DNA from: Candidatus Omnitrophota bacterium
Lineage (GTDB): Bacteria > Omnitrophota > Gorgyraeia > Gygaellales > Profunditerraquicolaceae
Direction of reading: 5' to 3'
NCBI GenBank assembly: GCA_043798795.1
Contig: JAZDOJ010000033.1
Span: forward strand, 1-51,998
Length of the DNA: 51,998 nucleotides
Shown here: one piece after another, positions 21,374 through 31,885 of the stretch
How the letters are laid out: every line of letters starts with the position of its first letter
How positions within the stretch are numbered: position 1 is the stretch's first letter
Notes under the pieces: generated by a model
What the model saw: only the letters and a program-made list of their open reading frames with translations
Told to the model about the DNA's origin: nothing
Databases searched by the model: none
Made by a program: the position numbers and the translations under genes

Positions 21374-21928
21374 ATGAAGCCGAGATTACAAGTTAAATAC
21401 GCAGACACGATTGTTTCCCATTTGATGCAAACCTTTAACCTGAAAAACAGGATGGAGGCCCCGCGCCTTGAGAAGATTGTGGTCAATATGGGCGTAGGAG
21501 AGGCTATCTCAGATATTAAGATTCTGGAAAAGGCCATGCAGGAAATGTCTTCGATAACGGGCCAGAAAGCCATCCTCCGAAGGGCCAAAAAGGCCATCTC
21601 CAATTTCAAAATCAGGCAAGGTCTGCCGGTGGGCTGCAAGGTGACGCTTCGGCGCGCCATGATGTACGAGTTTCTCGATCGGCTGGTGAACGTGGCGCTT
21701 CCGCGTATACGCGATTTCAGGGGCGTGTCCGAAAATTCCTTTGATGAGGCCGGAAATTATTCGTTAGGCCTGAATGAGCAGACCATATTCCCCGAGGTCG
21801 AATACGACAAGATCGCACGGCCTCAAGGGATGGATATCACTTTCTGTATCAAGAACGCAAAGACCAAGGAACAGGCGAAAGAATTATTAAAATCATTCGG
21901 GATGCCGTTTGGCACCGAGGAACGTTAA
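21374..21928 (+). CDS. rplE: 50S ribosomal protein L5
   Basis: [25 protein letters not shown]. Confidence 0.98.
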   Translation: MKPRLQVKYADTIVSHLMQTFNLKNRMEAPRLEKIVVNMGVGEAISDIKILEKAMQEMSSITGQKAILRRAKKAISNFKIRQGLPVGCKVTLRRAMMYEFLDRLVNVALPRIRDFRGVSENSFDEAGNYSLGLNEQTIFPEVEYDKIARPQGMDITFCIKNAKTKEQAKELLKSFGMPFGTEER

Positions 21929-21933
21929 ACACG

Positions 21934-22119
21934 ATGGCTAAAAACTCGCAGCTGGCAAGATGGAAAAGGGCCCCCAAATATTCGGCGCGTCAGTATAACC
22001 GCTGCAATATTTGCGGCAGGTCCGGCGGTTTCTTAAGGAGATTCAAACTGTGCCGGATATGCTTCAGGGAGCTGGCCTGGCAGGGTTTAATCCCCGGCGT
22101 TAAAAAAGCAAGCTGGTGA
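21934..22119 (+). CDS. rpsN: 30S ribosomal protein S14, type Z
   Basis: 61 aa, RCNICGR...[16 protein letters not shown]. Confidence 0.97.
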   Translation: MAKNSQLARWKRAPKYSARQYNRCNICGRSGGFLRRFKLCRICFRELAWQGLIPGVKKASW

Positions 22120-22138
22120 TTTAATTGGAGAGCGAAAA

Positions 22139-22534
22139 ATGTCAAGGACGGATTTAATCGCGGATACGTTTACCATCATACGCAATGCTTATATGGCCCG
22201 CAAGGAAACGGCGGATGTGGCCTCTAGCTCCACGATAAAGTCTATTCTGGAGATCTTGAAGGCTGAAAACTATATAGAAAATTATAAACTGATGGAAGAT
22301 AACAAACAGGGCACAGCCAGGGTCTACCTGAAATACGTCTCCCATAAACCGGCCTTAAGGAATATCAAGCGGATTTCTCGCCCGGGCTTGCGCTTTTACG
22401 TCAAACACCAAAAGGTTCCTTCTGTATTAAGGGGGCGGGGGTTAGCCATTATTTCAACCTCTAAAGGAGTGATGACGGATAAGCAGGCCAGGGAGACGGG
22501 GATGGGTGGAGAAGTGATCGGCTATGTGTGGTAA
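22139..22534 (+). CDS. rpsH: 30S ribosomal protein S8
   Basis: TDLIAD, ISRPGLR, ISTSKGVMTD, GGEV. Confidence 0.98.
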   Translation: MSRTDLIADTFTIIRNAYMARKETADVASSSTIKSILEILKAENYIENYKLMEDNKQGTARVYLKYVSHKPALRNIKRISRPGLRFYVKHQKVPSVLRGRGLAIISTSKGVMTDKQARETGMGGEVIGYVW

Positions 22535-22549
22535 GTGAGGGTTTAAAGA

Positions 22550-23095
22550 ATGTCAAGAATCGGAAAGAAGCCAATAGCCATACCAAAAGACGTAAAAGTA
22601 GAGGTCCGGGATGGCTCGGTTTTTGTTGAAGGGCCCAAAGGAAAACTGAATCAGCCTTTCTCTGATAGGATCACTATTGAAATTAAAGAGGACCAGGTCC
22701 TTGTCAAGCGAAGCCTCGATACGAAAATGGACAGGTCTTTGCATGGGCTTTATCGCGCTTTGATTGCCAACATGATTAAGGGCGTGACCACAGGATACGT
22801 TAAGGAGATGGAGATTATTGGCGTCGGGTTTAAGGCATCTGTCCAGGGCAGCCGTTTGAATATGCAGCTGGGGTTCTCTCATCCGGTCCAAATTTCTATC
22901 CCTGAAGGCATCAAGATAGAGACTCCCAAGCCCACACAGATCGTCGTCAGCGGCATAGACAAAGAGCTGGTCGGCCGCATGGCCACAGAGATACGGGCTG
23001 TGTATCCTCCGGAGCCTTATAAAGGCAAGGGGATCCGTTTCGTGGGAGAATACGTGAAGAAGAAAGTCGGCAAGGCCCAGGTCGCTACGAAATAA
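22550..23095 (+). CDS. rplF: 50S ribosomal protein L6
   Basis: MSRIGKKPI, LGFSHP, PEPYKGKGIR. Confidence 0.99.
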   Translation: MSRIGKKPIAIPKDVKVEVRDGSVFVEGPKGKLNQPFSDRITIEIKEDQVLVKRSLDTKMDRSLHGLYRALIANMIKGVTTGYVKEMEIIGVGFKASVQGSRLNMQLGFSHPVQISIPEGIKIETPKPTQIVVSGIDKELVGRMATEIRAVYPPEPYKGKGIRFVGEYVKKKVGKAQVATK

Positions 23096-23098
23096 AAC

Positions 23099-23458
23099 AT
23101 GAACAAGAAAGAACTATTGAGGAAAAAAAGGCACCATCGCATAAAATTACGCATGCATGGTGAAAAGGGGAGGCCGCGGTTAATTATCCATCGTAGCCTC
23201 AAGCACCTGGCCGCGCAAATCATCGATGACACCCAGAATAAGATCCTGTGGACCATGACCACCCAGGATAAAGAGATTAGGAGTCAGTGTCCCCGTGCAG
23301 GAAACATCAAGGCGGCTGGATTCTTTGGAGAGGTGTTTGCCCGCAAGGTCAAAGAAAAAGGGGTCAGCAAGGTTATCTTTGACCGCGCCGGCTATTTGTA
23401 TCACGGCAGGGTTCGGGCATTTGCCGAGGCGCTGCGAAAAGGCGGATTGGAGTTTTAA
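23099..23458 (+). CDS. rplR: 50S ribosomal protein L18
   Basis: RPRL, AQIIDD, FDRAGYLYHGRV, GLEF. Confidence 0.98.
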   Translation: MNKKELLRKKRHHRIKLRMHGEKGRPRLIIHRSLKHLAAQIIDDTQNKILWTMTTQDKEIRSQCPRAGNIKAAGFFGEVFARKVKEKGVSKVIFDRAGYLYHGRVRAFAEALRKGGLEF

Positions 23459-23461
23459 AAA

Positions 23462-23944
23462 ATGCGAGAAATCAGGATCGAGCAGCAGCAGGAATTAATA
23501 GAGAAAATTATCAGCATCAACCGTGTGTGCAAAGTCACCAAAGGCGGAAAGAAATTGCATTTCAGCGCACTAGTGGTGGTGGGAGACACGAAAGGCAGGG
23601 TTGGTTTTGCGCAGGATAAAGCCAATGAGGTTGCCGATGCCATCCGCAAGTCTTTGACGAAAGCCAAAAAAAGCCTCATGCGGGTGACGATGGAGGGCTC
23701 GACGATTCCCCATGAAGTCCTTGGCGTCTTCGGCGCGGCAAAGGTCTTATTAAAGCCTGCTTCCGAGGGTACGGGTGTCATTGCCGCTGGCCCTGTCAGA
23801 GCCGTGTGCGAAGCTGCAGGTATCAAGGATATTCTCACGAAATGCCTGAAGTCCAATAATCCCGTAAACGTCATCAAGGCAACCATCGAAGGCCTCAAGG
23901 AATTAAAAGGCAATGTCAATGAAGAACAAGATTCTAAGACCTAA
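23462..23944 (+). CDS. rpsE: 30S ribosomal protein S5
   Basis: [32 protein letters not shown]. Confidence 0.98.
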   Translation: MREIRIEQQQELIEKIISINRVCKVTKGGKKLHFSALVVVGDTKGRVGFAQDKANEVADAIRKSLTKAKKSLMRVTMEGSTIPHEVLGVFGAAKVLLKPASEGTGVIAAGPVRAVCEAAGIKDILTKCLKSNNPVNVIKATIEGLKELKGNVNEEQDSKT

Positions 23945-24491
23945 GAAGCTCCTCCGAAAAGCTCCCAAAGCTCAACCCCAGGCTGTTAAGAAAAGAACAG
24001 TCAAAGCGAAGGTCGCTGAGGTTAAACAGAAAGAGCCGCCTTATGTCAGCATCCTTTCCAACCTAAGAGCGCCGAAAGGGTCTCACAAGCGCAGAAAAAT
24101 ATTGGGGCGAGGTTCTGGCTCAGGCCATGGAAAGACCTCCACGCGCGGGAGCAAGGGACAGACCTCGCGCTCAGGCAGAGATTTTTATGCGGGTTTTGAG
24201 GGCGGGCAAACCCCTCTTATTAGAAGAATACCCAAGAGGGGGTTTACGAATAAATTTAAAAAGGAATATCAGATCGTCAATCTGGATGATTTAGGCAGGA
24301 TAAAAGAAGCAAACATCACCCTCGAGCTTCTAGAGGCCAGAGGCCTTATAAAAGATAAAACTCGGTTGGTCAAGGTGTTAGGGGACGGAAAAATCCAGAG
24401 CGCCGTTACGGTCCAGGCGCATGCCTTTTCAAAGAGGGCTGCCCAGGAGATCAAGAATGCCGGAGGCCAAACCCAGGTAATCCATGCTTAG
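23919..24491 (+). CDS. rplO: 50S ribosomal protein L15 with ~45-aa basic N-terminal extension (start 23913 or 23919)
   Basis: [33 protein letters not shown]; no in-frame ATG nearer the conserved core. Confidence 0.93.
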   Translation: MKNKILRPKKLLRKAPKAQPQAVKKRTVKAKVAEVKQKEPPYVSILSNLRAPKGSHKRRKILGRGSGSGHGKTSTRGSKGQTSRSGRDFYAGFEGGQTPLIRRIPKRGFTNKFKKEYQIVNLDDLGRIKEANITLELLEARGLIKDKTRLVKVLGDGKIQSAVTVQAHAFSKRAAQEIKNAGGQTQVIHA

Positions 24492-25830
24492 TGCCCTGTT
24501 CAATTCATTTAAAATCCCCGATTTAAAAAGGCGCCTTTTGATTACGGGTGCGCTGATTGTCGTTTACCGGATGGGTTGCTACATCCCGACCCCCGGTATT
24601 GATGCAGCGGCGCTGGCGGAGTTTTTTAACCGGATCGCCAAGACGCAAGGGGGCACCATTTTCGGAATCATCAATATGTTTTCCGGTGGGGCTATGGAAA
24701 GATTGACCATCTTTGCCTTAGGCATCATGCCCTACATATCCGCCTCCATCATCATGCAGCTTCTTACGGCCGTCATCCCCCAGTTGGAGAAGTTAGCTAA
24801 GGAGGGCAAAGCCGGCTACGAGAGGATCAACCAGTATACCCGTTATTCCACTGTTGCGTTGTCCACTGTCCAATCCTTTTTTATTGCCTTGTGGCTGGAA
24901 AACCCGGCGCGTTTCGAAGGGTTAAGGATTGTCATGAATCCTGGCTGGGGTTTTAGAATCCTCACCGTCCTGACCCTGACAACAGGCACTATTTTCATCA
25001 TGTGGCTGGGAGAGCAGATTCAGGAAAAAGGGATAGGTAACGGCATATCGCTCGTGATCACCGCAGGCATCATTTCCAGGATTCCTGCAGCCCTACACCA
25101 GTTGTTCGTTTTGATATCTCCGTTTTCTCCCGGTCGCCGGCAGATCCAGCCTTTCACGCTGGTCGTGATGGCTGCATTACTGGCGATCGTGGTTTTTAGC
25201 ATCATCATGATTACGCTGGGCCAAAGAAAGATTCCGGTTCAGTATGCCCGCAGGATCGTCGGTCGAAAGATCTACGGGGGCCAATCGACGTACCTCCCTC
25301 TAAAGGTGGATACCGCCGGAGTCATTGCTATTATTTTCGCCCAGTCCATTATTCTTTTTCCGGCAACGATTGCCTCTTTTATCCCGAATCCCGCTTTTCA
25401 ACGTTTGGCCCAGGGGTTGGTTCGGGGGCACTTGCTTTATACTGGGGTGTACGCCCTGTTGATTGTCTTCTTCTGTTATTTTTATACGGCTATCGTTTTT
25501 AGCCCTGCGGACATCTCGGAGAACATGAAAAAGTACGGCGGTTTTATCCCGGGGATCAGGCCGGGTGCACCCACTGCCGATTTTCTGGATTATGTGATGA
25601 ACCGCATCACGCTGGCCGGCGCCCTCTTCATCGCCGTCATCGCCATCTTTCCCGATTTTATCATGGCCTGGCTCAAGGTCCCTTATTTAGTGGCTTCATT
25701 TTTCGGCGGGACCGGGATCCTGATTATCGTCGGGGTGATGCTGGATACGCTCAAACAAATCGAGTCGCACCTGTTGACGCACCATTACGAAGGGTTCATC
25801 AAGTCAGGACACATCAAGGGCCGTAGATAA
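24484..25830 (+). CDS. secY: Preprotein translocase subunit SecY
   Basis: IFALGIMPYISASII, GIGNGISL, FIPGIRPG, FGGTGILI. Confidence 0.99.
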   Translation: MLSALFNSFKIPDLKRRLLITGALIVVYRMGCYIPTPGIDAAALAEFFNRIAKTQGGTIFGIINMFSGGAMERLTIFALGIMPYISASIIMQLLTAVIPQLEKLAKEGKAGYERINQYTRYSTVALSTVQSFFIALWLENPARFEGLRIVMNPGWGFRILTVLTLTTGTIFIMWLGEQIQEKGIGNGISLVITAGIISRIPAALHQLFVLISPFSPGRRQIQPFTLVVMAALLAIVVFSIIMITLGQRKIPVQYARRIVGRKIYGGQSTYLPLKVDTAGVIAIIFAQSIILFPATIASFIPNPAFQRLAQGLVRGHLLYTGVYALLIVFFCYFYTAIVFSPADISENMKKYGGFIPGIRPGAPTADFLDYVMNRITLAGALFIAVIAIFPDFIMAWLKVPYLVASFFGGTGILIIVGVMLDTLKQIESHLLTHHYEGFIKSGHIKGRR

Positions 25831-25833
25831 GGA

Positions 25834-26490
25834 TTGATTTTGCGAATTATACTATTGGGAGCTCCGGGTTCAGGGAAAGGAACGCAGGCGAAGAGATTGG
25901 CCGAAAGGTTACGAATTCCTCACGTATCCACAGGAGACCTTTTAAGGGAAAACGTGAAGAGGCAAACGTCCCTGGGCCAGGAGGCTAAGGATTATATGGA
26001 CCGCGGACTCCTCGTTCCGGATGAATTGATGGCACAAATGCTTAAAGAAAGATTCAGCGAGCCGGATATCAGAGGGGGGTTTATCCTGGACGGTTACCCC
26101 AGGAATGAGAATCAGGCAAAGACGCTGGATGAGATACTCAAAGCAAGCCGTATGGATATTGACAAGGTCTTTTACCTGGATGCCAGCGACCCCGTCATTC
26201 TGCAGCGCCTGACGGGCCGCTTGGTCTGCAGGGAATGCGGTGCCAATTTCCATACGACCAATATGCCCCCTGAAGCTCAAGGCCTCTGCGATCATTGCGG
26301 CGGGTCGCTCTATCAGAGGACGGACGATAAGGAAGAAACGGTAAAAATGCGCCTTGAGGTTTACAGAAAAGAAGTGGCCGCGCTCATTCAATATTATGAA
26401 TCAGGCCGAAAGCTTGCGCGCCTTTGTGCGGATGAAGAGGCCGGAATTGTCTTAGATAAGATGGTGCAGATGTTAAAGGTTGCGGGATGA
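25834..26490 (+). CDS. adk: Adenylate kinase, Zn-LID type (TTG start at 25834 or 25840)
   Basis: GAPGSGKGTQ, STGDLLR, GFILDGYPR, CxxC...CxxC LID. Confidence 0.98.
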   Translation: MILRIILLGAPGSGKGTQAKRLAERLRIPHVSTGDLLRENVKRQTSLGQEAKDYMDRGLLVPDELMAQMLKERFSEPDIRGGFILDGYPRNENQAKTLDEILKASRMDIDKVFYLDASDPVILQRLTGRLVCRECGANFHTTNMPPEAQGLCDHCGGSLYQRTDDKEETVKMRLEVYRKEVAALIQYYESGRKLARLCADEEAGIVLDKMVQMLKVAG

Positions 26491-27230
26491 TTCCCATAAA
26501 GAGCGAAAAGGACCTCAAGATGCTTAAAGATTCGGGCAAGATACTGGCCAGGGTCCTGGAAAGATTACAGGAACTTATTCAACCGAACTTGACAACCGTA
26601 GAGATTGACATGCTGGCCGAAGATCTCATCGAGCGCGAGGGTGCGGTGTGCGCTTTTAAAGGATATAAAGGTTTTCCGGCTTCTGTCTGCACGTCCATTA
26701 ACGAAGAGATCGTTCACGGGATCCCGGGAAACAGGAGATTGAAAGAGGGGGATATCATCAGCCTGGACCTGGGCGTGAATTTCAAAGGATATTTTTCGGA
26801 TGCGGCCGTAACCTTGCCAGTCGGCAGGATCAGCCCTCATCTTAGAAACCTCCTTGATGTAACCAGAGCTGCTTTATCCAAAGGCATCCAGGAGGCCAGA
26901 ATCGACAATAATTTATCGGACATATCCCATACCATTCAGTCGCACGTTGAAAAGAACGGATATTCCGTGGTTAGGCAGTTTGTGGGCCACGGCATCGGTT
27001 TTCAATTGCACGAGGACCCGGAAATCCCCAATTTCGGCAGGCCTCATCTTGGCCCCAGGCTTAAAAAAGGGATGGTGTTGGCGATCGAACCCATGGTGAA
27101 CATGGGGACATGGGAATCGGAAGTTCTGGAAAACGGCTGGACCGCTGTTTCAAAGGATAAAAGCCCTTCGGCCCATTTTGAGCACACGGTGGCCATCACG
27201 GAAAGAGGGCCGCAGATCCTGACGAACTAA
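26487..27230 (+). CDS. map: Methionine aminopeptidase type I
   Basis: [32 protein letters not shown]. Confidence 0.98.
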   Translation: MIPIKSEKDLKMLKDSGKILARVLERLQELIQPNLTTVEIDMLAEDLIEREGAVCAFKGYKGFPASVCTSINEEIVHGIPGNRRLKEGDIISLDLGVNFKGYFSDAAVTLPVGRISPHLRNLLDVTRAALSKGIQEARIDNNLSDISHTIQSHVEKNGYSVVRQFVGHGIGFQLHEDPEIPNFGRPHLGPRLKKGMVLAIEPMVNMGTWESEVLENGWTAVSKDKSPSAHFEHTVAITERGPQILTN

Positions 27231-27232
27231 AT

Positions 27233-27451
27233 ATGGCCAAAGAAGAGCTGATACAGACAGAAGGACGCATTATCGAGGCATTGCCCAATGCCATGTTCAA
27301 GGTGGAATTGGAAAACGGGCACATGGTGCTGGCGCATGTTTCCGGAAAGATGCGTATGCATTTTATCCGCATCCTGCCGGGGGACAAGGTCAAATTGGAA
27401 TTGTCCCCTTATGACCTCAGCCGCGGGAGGATCACTTTTAGAGTCAAATGA
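27233..27451 (+). CDS. infA: Translation initiation factor IF-1
   Basis: [30 protein letters not shown]. Confidence 0.99.
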   Translation: MAKEELIQTEGRIIEALPNAMFKVELENGHMVLAHVSGKMRMHFIRILPGDKVKLELSPYDLSRGRITFRVK

Positions 27452-27561
27452 AAGTCAAGGCATCCATAAAAAAGATTTGCGATAAGTGCAAGATCATCAA
27501 GAGAAGAGGGGTCTTGCGCGTCATCTGTTCGAATCCGAAGCATAAGCAGAGGCAGGGCTGA
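27448..27561 (+). CDS. rpmJ: 50S ribosomal protein L36, 37 aa; not in ORF track
   Basis: Hand translation [37 protein letters not shown]; ATGA overlap with infA. Confidence 0.98.
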   Translation: MKVKASIKKICDKCKIIKRRGVLRVICSNPKHKQRQG

Positions 27562-27598
27562 CTTTAAAAAAAATAAAGTTTAATAGAGCGAGGACAGA

Positions 27599-28015
27599 AT
27601 GCCAAGAATATTTGGTGTGGATTTGCCTAAAGAGAAGAGGATCGAGATTTCGCTGATGTATTTATACGGGGTGGGGCGCGCCAACTCCAACGTTATCCTT
27701 AAAGAGGCCAATGTGGACCCTGGCAAGCGTGCCAAGGATTTGTCCGAAGAGGAGATTTCCCGAATCACGAGCACCCTGCAAAAAAGCGGCTATAAAGTGG
27801 AAGGAGATTTGCGCCGTGATATCTCCCAGAACATCAAAAGATTGATGGATATCGGCTCCTGGCGGGGTTTGCGGCACAAGAAGGGCCTTCCTGTCAGAGG
27901 CCAGCGCACACGCACGAATGCCAGGACCCGCAAGGGGCCGCGTAAAGGCGGCATGGCCGTGATCAAGAAAACAGAAGAGAAGAAGGCGGCACCCGCTGCC
28001 AAGCCAGCCAAATAA
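27599..28015 (+). CDS. rpsM: 30S ribosomal protein S13
   Basis: [30 protein letters not shown]. Confidence 0.99.
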   Translation: MPRIFGVDLPKEKRIEISLMYLYGVGRANSNVILKEANVDPGKRAKDLSEEEISRITSTLQKSGYKVEGDLRRDISQNIKRLMDIGSWRGLRHKKGLPVRGQRTRTNARTRKGPRKGGMAVIKKTEEKKAAPAAKPAK

Positions 28016-28032
28016 TAAATTAAGAGGAGAAT

Positions 28033-28422
28033 ATGGCCACCAAAGAAAAAGCAAAGAAGAAAAAGCTCGCAAAAGGCATCACCACAGGCGTCGCCCATAT
28101 CCAGGCCAGTTTCAATAACACGATCATCACCATAGCGGATAAGCAGGGGAATGTCCTGGTGTGGTCGGCTCCAGGAATCGTCGGTTATAGCGGCTCCAAG
28201 AAATCCACGCCCTTTGCCGCTCAGATAGCTGCGACGGATGCGGCCAGAAAGGCCAAAGAGATCGGGATTAAAGAAGTGGATGTGTATGTCAAGGGGCCGG
28301 GGTTTGGCAGAGAGTCCGCCATACGCGCCCTACAGGCCGCAGGCCTTACCATAACTTCGATTAAGGACGTCACGCCCATCCCTCATAATGGCTGCCGCCC
28401 TAAGAAGAAAAGGAGAGTCTGA
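28033..28422 (+). CDS. rpsK: 30S ribosomal protein S11
   Basis: [27 protein letters not shown]. Confidence 0.99.
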   Translation: MATKEKAKKKKLAKGITTGVAHIQASFNNTIITIADKQGNVLVWSAPGIVGYSGSKKSTPFAAQIAATDAARKAKEIGIKEVDVYVKGPGFGRESAIRALQAAGLTITSIKDVTPIPHNGCRPKKKRRV

Positions 28423-28425
28423 TCC

Positions 28426-29061
28426 ATGGGTAGGTATATTAATGCCGTTTGCCGGTTGTGTCGAAGAGAGGGAGAGAAGCTGTTTTTAAAGGGTACGAAA
28501 TGTTCGACGGAAAAGTGCCCTGTTTCGCGCAGGGCCTATGCGCCTGGCCAGCACGGCCAATCCCGCACCCGCAGGACAAAACTTTCCAATTACGGCCTTC
28601 AGCTTCGGGAAAAACAAAAAGTCAGAAGGATGTACGGTGTCCTGGAAAAACAGTTCCGCAAATATTTCAAGATCGCCTCCAAGACAAAAGGTGTTACCGG
28701 AAAAGTCCTTCTCCAGTTATTGGAGAGGAGGCTGGACAACGTGGTCTTTCGCATGGGCCTGGCTACCTCCCGGACAGCCGCCAGGCAGATCGTGCGGCAT
28801 AATCAGATTTACGTCAATAATAAGAAAGTGAATATCCCGTCGTTCCTGGTCGCTCAAGGGGATGTGGTTGCGGCCAAGACGAAGGAAAAGGCAGGCATAC
28901 GGATAAAAGATTTCTTGGAAGCGAGCAAAGACAGAAGTGTGCCTTCCTGGCTCGATTTTAAGCGCAATGAATGGAGCGCAACCGTTTTGAGGCTTCCGGA
29001 GAAAGAAGACATTCAGCTGCCCATCCAGGAGCAGCTGATCGTGGAATTATATTCAAAATAA
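28426..29061 (+). CDS. rpsD: 30S ribosomal protein S4 (Zn-binding type)
   Basis: CRLCRREGEKLFLKG, QLREKQK, LERRLDNVVFR, IVELYSK. Confidence 0.99.
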   Translation: MGRYINAVCRLCRREGEKLFLKGTKCSTEKCPVSRRAYAPGQHGQSRTRRTKLSNYGLQLREKQKVRRMYGVLEKQFRKYFKIASKTKGVTGKVLLQLLERRLDNVVFRMGLATSRTAARQIVRHNQIYVNNKKVNIPSFLVAQGDVVAAKTKEKAGIRIKDFLEASKDRSVPSWLDFKRNEWSATVLRLPEKEDIQLPIQEQLIVELYSK

Positions 29062-29113
29062 TAATTCAATTGGATTAAATCCCAATTTCCGACGAACGAA
29101 GTGAGGAGGTAAG

Positions 29114-30106
29114 ATGGGTATAAAATGGAGAGATTTTCAGTTACCAAAAAGGTTAGAATGTGATGAGGCCACCTATACAGATACCTACGGTAAATTTATG
29201 GCCGCTCCTTTTGAAAAAGGATATGGCGTCACCCTGGGAAACTCTTTAAGAAGAATCCTGCTTTCTTCCATTGAGGGCAGCTCCGTCACTAGCGTCAAAA
29301 TAACTGGTGCCGCGCATGAATTCTCAACCCTTCCGGGAGTGGTGGAAGATGTGCCGGAGATCATTTTGAATATCAAAGAGTTGGTCTTAAACTCGCACTC
29401 CAAAATCCCCAAGACCATCTATATCAAAAAAGATTCTAAGGGAGAGGTGAAGGCGAAGGACATCCATGTGGATGAGACCATTGAGATCATCAATCCGGAT
29501 TTGCACATCGCGACGCTCACCAAGGAGACAAAGTTTCATGTGGAGATGGAGGTTTCAAGGGGTCGGGGTTACGTGCCGGCGGAATTAAACAAGAAGGAAG
29601 AAAAGGTGGTCGGGCTTATTCCGATTGACTCTATCTTTACGCCCGTTAAAAAAGTAAGTTTTTATGTAGAAAACACCCGCGTCGGCCAGCGAACGGATTA
29701 TGACAAGCTTATCCTAGATATTTGGACGAACGGCGCCATCTCGCCGAAGGATGCCCTTCTTTACGCCTCTAACATTCTGCAACGTCACCTGGATATTTTT
29801 GTCAATTTCGGCCAGCTGCCGGAAGAGTACACGGAAGAAGAGCCTGAGATGACCAAGGAGGAACTCGTTCTTTACGAGAAATTAAGACTTCCGATTTCCG
29901 AACTGGAACTGTCTGTGCGAAGTTCCAATTGTCTGAGGGAGGCCAATATCAAAATAATCGGAGACCTGGTGAAAAGAAACGAAGATGAGATGTTGGGTTT
30001 TAAGAACTTCGGGAAAAAGTCGTTGACCGAGATCAAGGAGCTTCTTTTGGGGATGGGATTGACATTGGGGGTGCAGATTGACCCCAAGAAATTGAAGAAA
30101 GCTTAA
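29114..30106 (+). CDS. rpoA: DNA-directed RNA polymerase subunit alpha
   Basis: GYGVTLGNSLRRILLSSI, RVGQRTDYDKL, ELSVRSSNCL, NFGKKSL. Confidence 0.99.
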   Translation: MGIKWRDFQLPKRLECDEATYTDTYGKFMAAPFEKGYGVTLGNSLRRILLSSIEGSSVTSVKITGAAHEFSTLPGVVEDVPEIILNIKELVLNSHSKIPKTIYIKKDSKGEVKAKDIHVDETIEIINPDLHIATLTKETKFHVEMEVSRGRGYVPAELNKKEEKVVGLIPIDSIFTPVKKVSFYVENTRVGQRTDYDKLILDIWTNGAISPKDALLYASNILQRHLDIFVNFGQLPEEYTEEEPEMTKEELVLYEKLRLPISELELSVRSSNCLREANIKIIGDLVKRNEDEMLGFKNFGKKSLTEIKELLLGMGLTLGVQIDPKKLKKA

Positions 30107-30112
30107 GAGGTC

Positions 30113-30685
30113 ATGAGACACAGAAAAGCAAAATACAGATTGAGCCGCTCAACCAGCTGGCGCAGGGCCACCCTCAAAAGTTTGGCCAGAAACCTGTTGA
30201 TTCATCAGAGCATCAAAACCACGCTGCATAGAGCCAAGGCGGTTCGGCCTATGGTTGAAGAGCTTATTTCTTTGGCCAAAGCCAATACCCTCGCGGCGAA
30301 GAGAGAGGCTTTCAGGTTGCTAGGTGGCCATCCGCTCGTGACTCAAATCTTCAAAGAGCTGGGGCCGCGCTTTGCTCAGATCAGGGGTGGCTATACCCGG
30401 ATCATCCAGCTGGGGAAGAGGCGGGGAGATGATGCGCAACTCGTCCTCCTGGAATTGACCCAGATAGTCAAAAAAGAACCGAAAAAATACAAAAAAGAAA
30501 AGGAAACCAAGCCGGAAGTGATTTCGAAAACAGAAGGGCCGAAGGAGAAGCCCGTTGAGGAGAAGAGGGAGGGGCGGGGGCCAACTGCTGCTGTTAAAGA
30601 AAAACCACCGATCACCAAAAAACCGACAAAGAAATTTTTAGGAGGCTTGAGAGGTATTTTCAAAAAGGAAAGAGATTCTTTATAA
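30113..30685 (+). CDS. rplQ: 50S ribosomal protein L17 with ~70-aa C-terminal extension
   Basis: MRHRK, IKTTLHRAK, GGYTRII, RRGDDA; charged tail. Confidence 0.97.
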   Translation: MRHRKAKYRLSRSTSWRRATLKSLARNLLIHQSIKTTLHRAKAVRPMVEELISLAKANTLAAKREAFRLLGGHPLVTQIFKELGPRFAQIRGGYTRIIQLGKRRGDDAQLVLLELTQIVKKEPKKYKKEKETKPEVISKTEGPKEKPVEEKREGRGPTAAVKEKPPITKKPTKKFLGGLRGIFKKERDSL

Positions 30686-30697
30686 AAAATTTGAGCG

Positions 30698-31885
30698 ATG
30701 CAAAAAGGTTTCAGGCTACCAGCCCGGTTATCCAAAATAAACCCTTCTTCGACCCTGGCGATAACGGCAAAAGTCAAGGAGTTCAAGGCGCAAGGGTGGG
30801 ACGTAGTTAATCTGGCTGCCGGAGAGCCTGATTTCGACACCCCCGATTTCATAAAGGCCAAAGCGGTTGAGGCCATCCAGTCCGGTTTCACCAAATACAC
30901 GCCCACCACAGGGACCCCCGAGTTAAAAAAAGCAATTTGCCAAAAATTCAAGAAAGATAACGGCCTCACCTACGACCCCAGCCAGATCGTCGTTTCCTGC
31001 GGAGCCAAACATAGCATCTTCAATACCCTGTTTGTTCTCACCGGCCCTGGGGATGAAGTTTTGATACCCCTGCCTTACTGGGTGAGTTACCCGGAGATGG
31101 TCAACCTCTGTGAGGCGACTCCCCGTTTCATTAACACGGATTTCAAAAATAATTTCAAGATGACCGTTAAGGACCTAGAAGCAAACATCACATCCAGGAC
31201 CCGCGTTCTTATCTTAAACAGCCCCTCAAATCCTACGGGATGCGTGTACTCCCAAAAAGAATTAGAGGCCATAGCCGAACTTTGCGTCAAGAAAGCTATT
31301 TACGTTATCAGCGATGAGATATACGAGAAGCTGGTTTTTGACGGCCTCAGGCACGTCTCCATCGCAGGATTAGGAAAAGAGATTTATGATTGGACGATTA
31401 CGGTCAACGGTTTGTCTAAAAGCTATTCCATGACAGGTTGGCGTATCGGTTATCTGGGTGCCTCTCGAGAGATTGTTGCTGCCATCTCAAAGGTACAGGA
31501 CCATTCCACCTCTAACCCCACATCCATCAGCCAGAAAGCAGGGGTCGCCGCCTTAAATGCTCCCGAAGACTTTTCGAAAAGCATCTGCCAGGAATTTCAG
31601 AAGCGCAGAGACTATTGCGTTTCTCGGCTGAAAAACATTAAGTCGCTTGATTTTAGCCTGCCCGTGGGTGCCTTCTACATTTTTTGCAATATTTCTAAAA
31701 CAGGGATAAAGTCGAATGCATTTGCACAGCGCCTGCTGGATGAGACTTACGTAAGCCTTATCCCCGGCCAAGCATTCGGACGGGATGATTTTGTGCGTAT
31801 AAGTTTTGCGACCAGCCTCCAGCAGCTGGAAAAGGGGTTTGACAGGATAGAAAAGTGGGCCGAACAGTTGCAGAAAAAATCTTAA
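30698..31885 (+). CDS. aspC: PLP-dependent aminotransferase class I/II (aspartate aminotransferase-like)
   Basis: GEPDFDTP, NSPSNPTG, SDEIY, SKSYSMTGWRIGY (PLP Lys). Confidence 0.9.
   Translation: MQKGFRLPARLSKINPSSTLAITAKVKEFKAQGWDVVNLAAGEPDFDTPDFIKAKAVEAIQSGFTKYTPTTGTPELKKAICQKFKKDNGLTYDPSQIVVSCGAKHSIFNTLFVLTGPGDEVLIPLPYWVSYPEMVNLCEATPRFINTDFKNNFKMTVKDLEANITSRTRVLILNSPSNPTGCVYSQKELEAIAELCVKKAIYVISDEIYEKLVFDGLRHVSIAGLGKEIYDWTITVNGLSKSYSMTGWRIGYLGASREIVAAISKVQDHSTSNPTSISQKAGVAALNAPEDFSKSICQEFQKRRDYCVSRLKNIKSLDFSLPVGAFYIFCNISKTGIKSNAFAQRLLDETYVSLIPGQAFGRDDFVRISFATSLQQLEKGFDRIEKWAEQLQKKS

Noticed and set aside
294-29061. Zn-binding (C+) forms of L33, L24, S14, L36, S4 and Adk
   Set aside because: Common ancestral state in many bacteria and not unusual.
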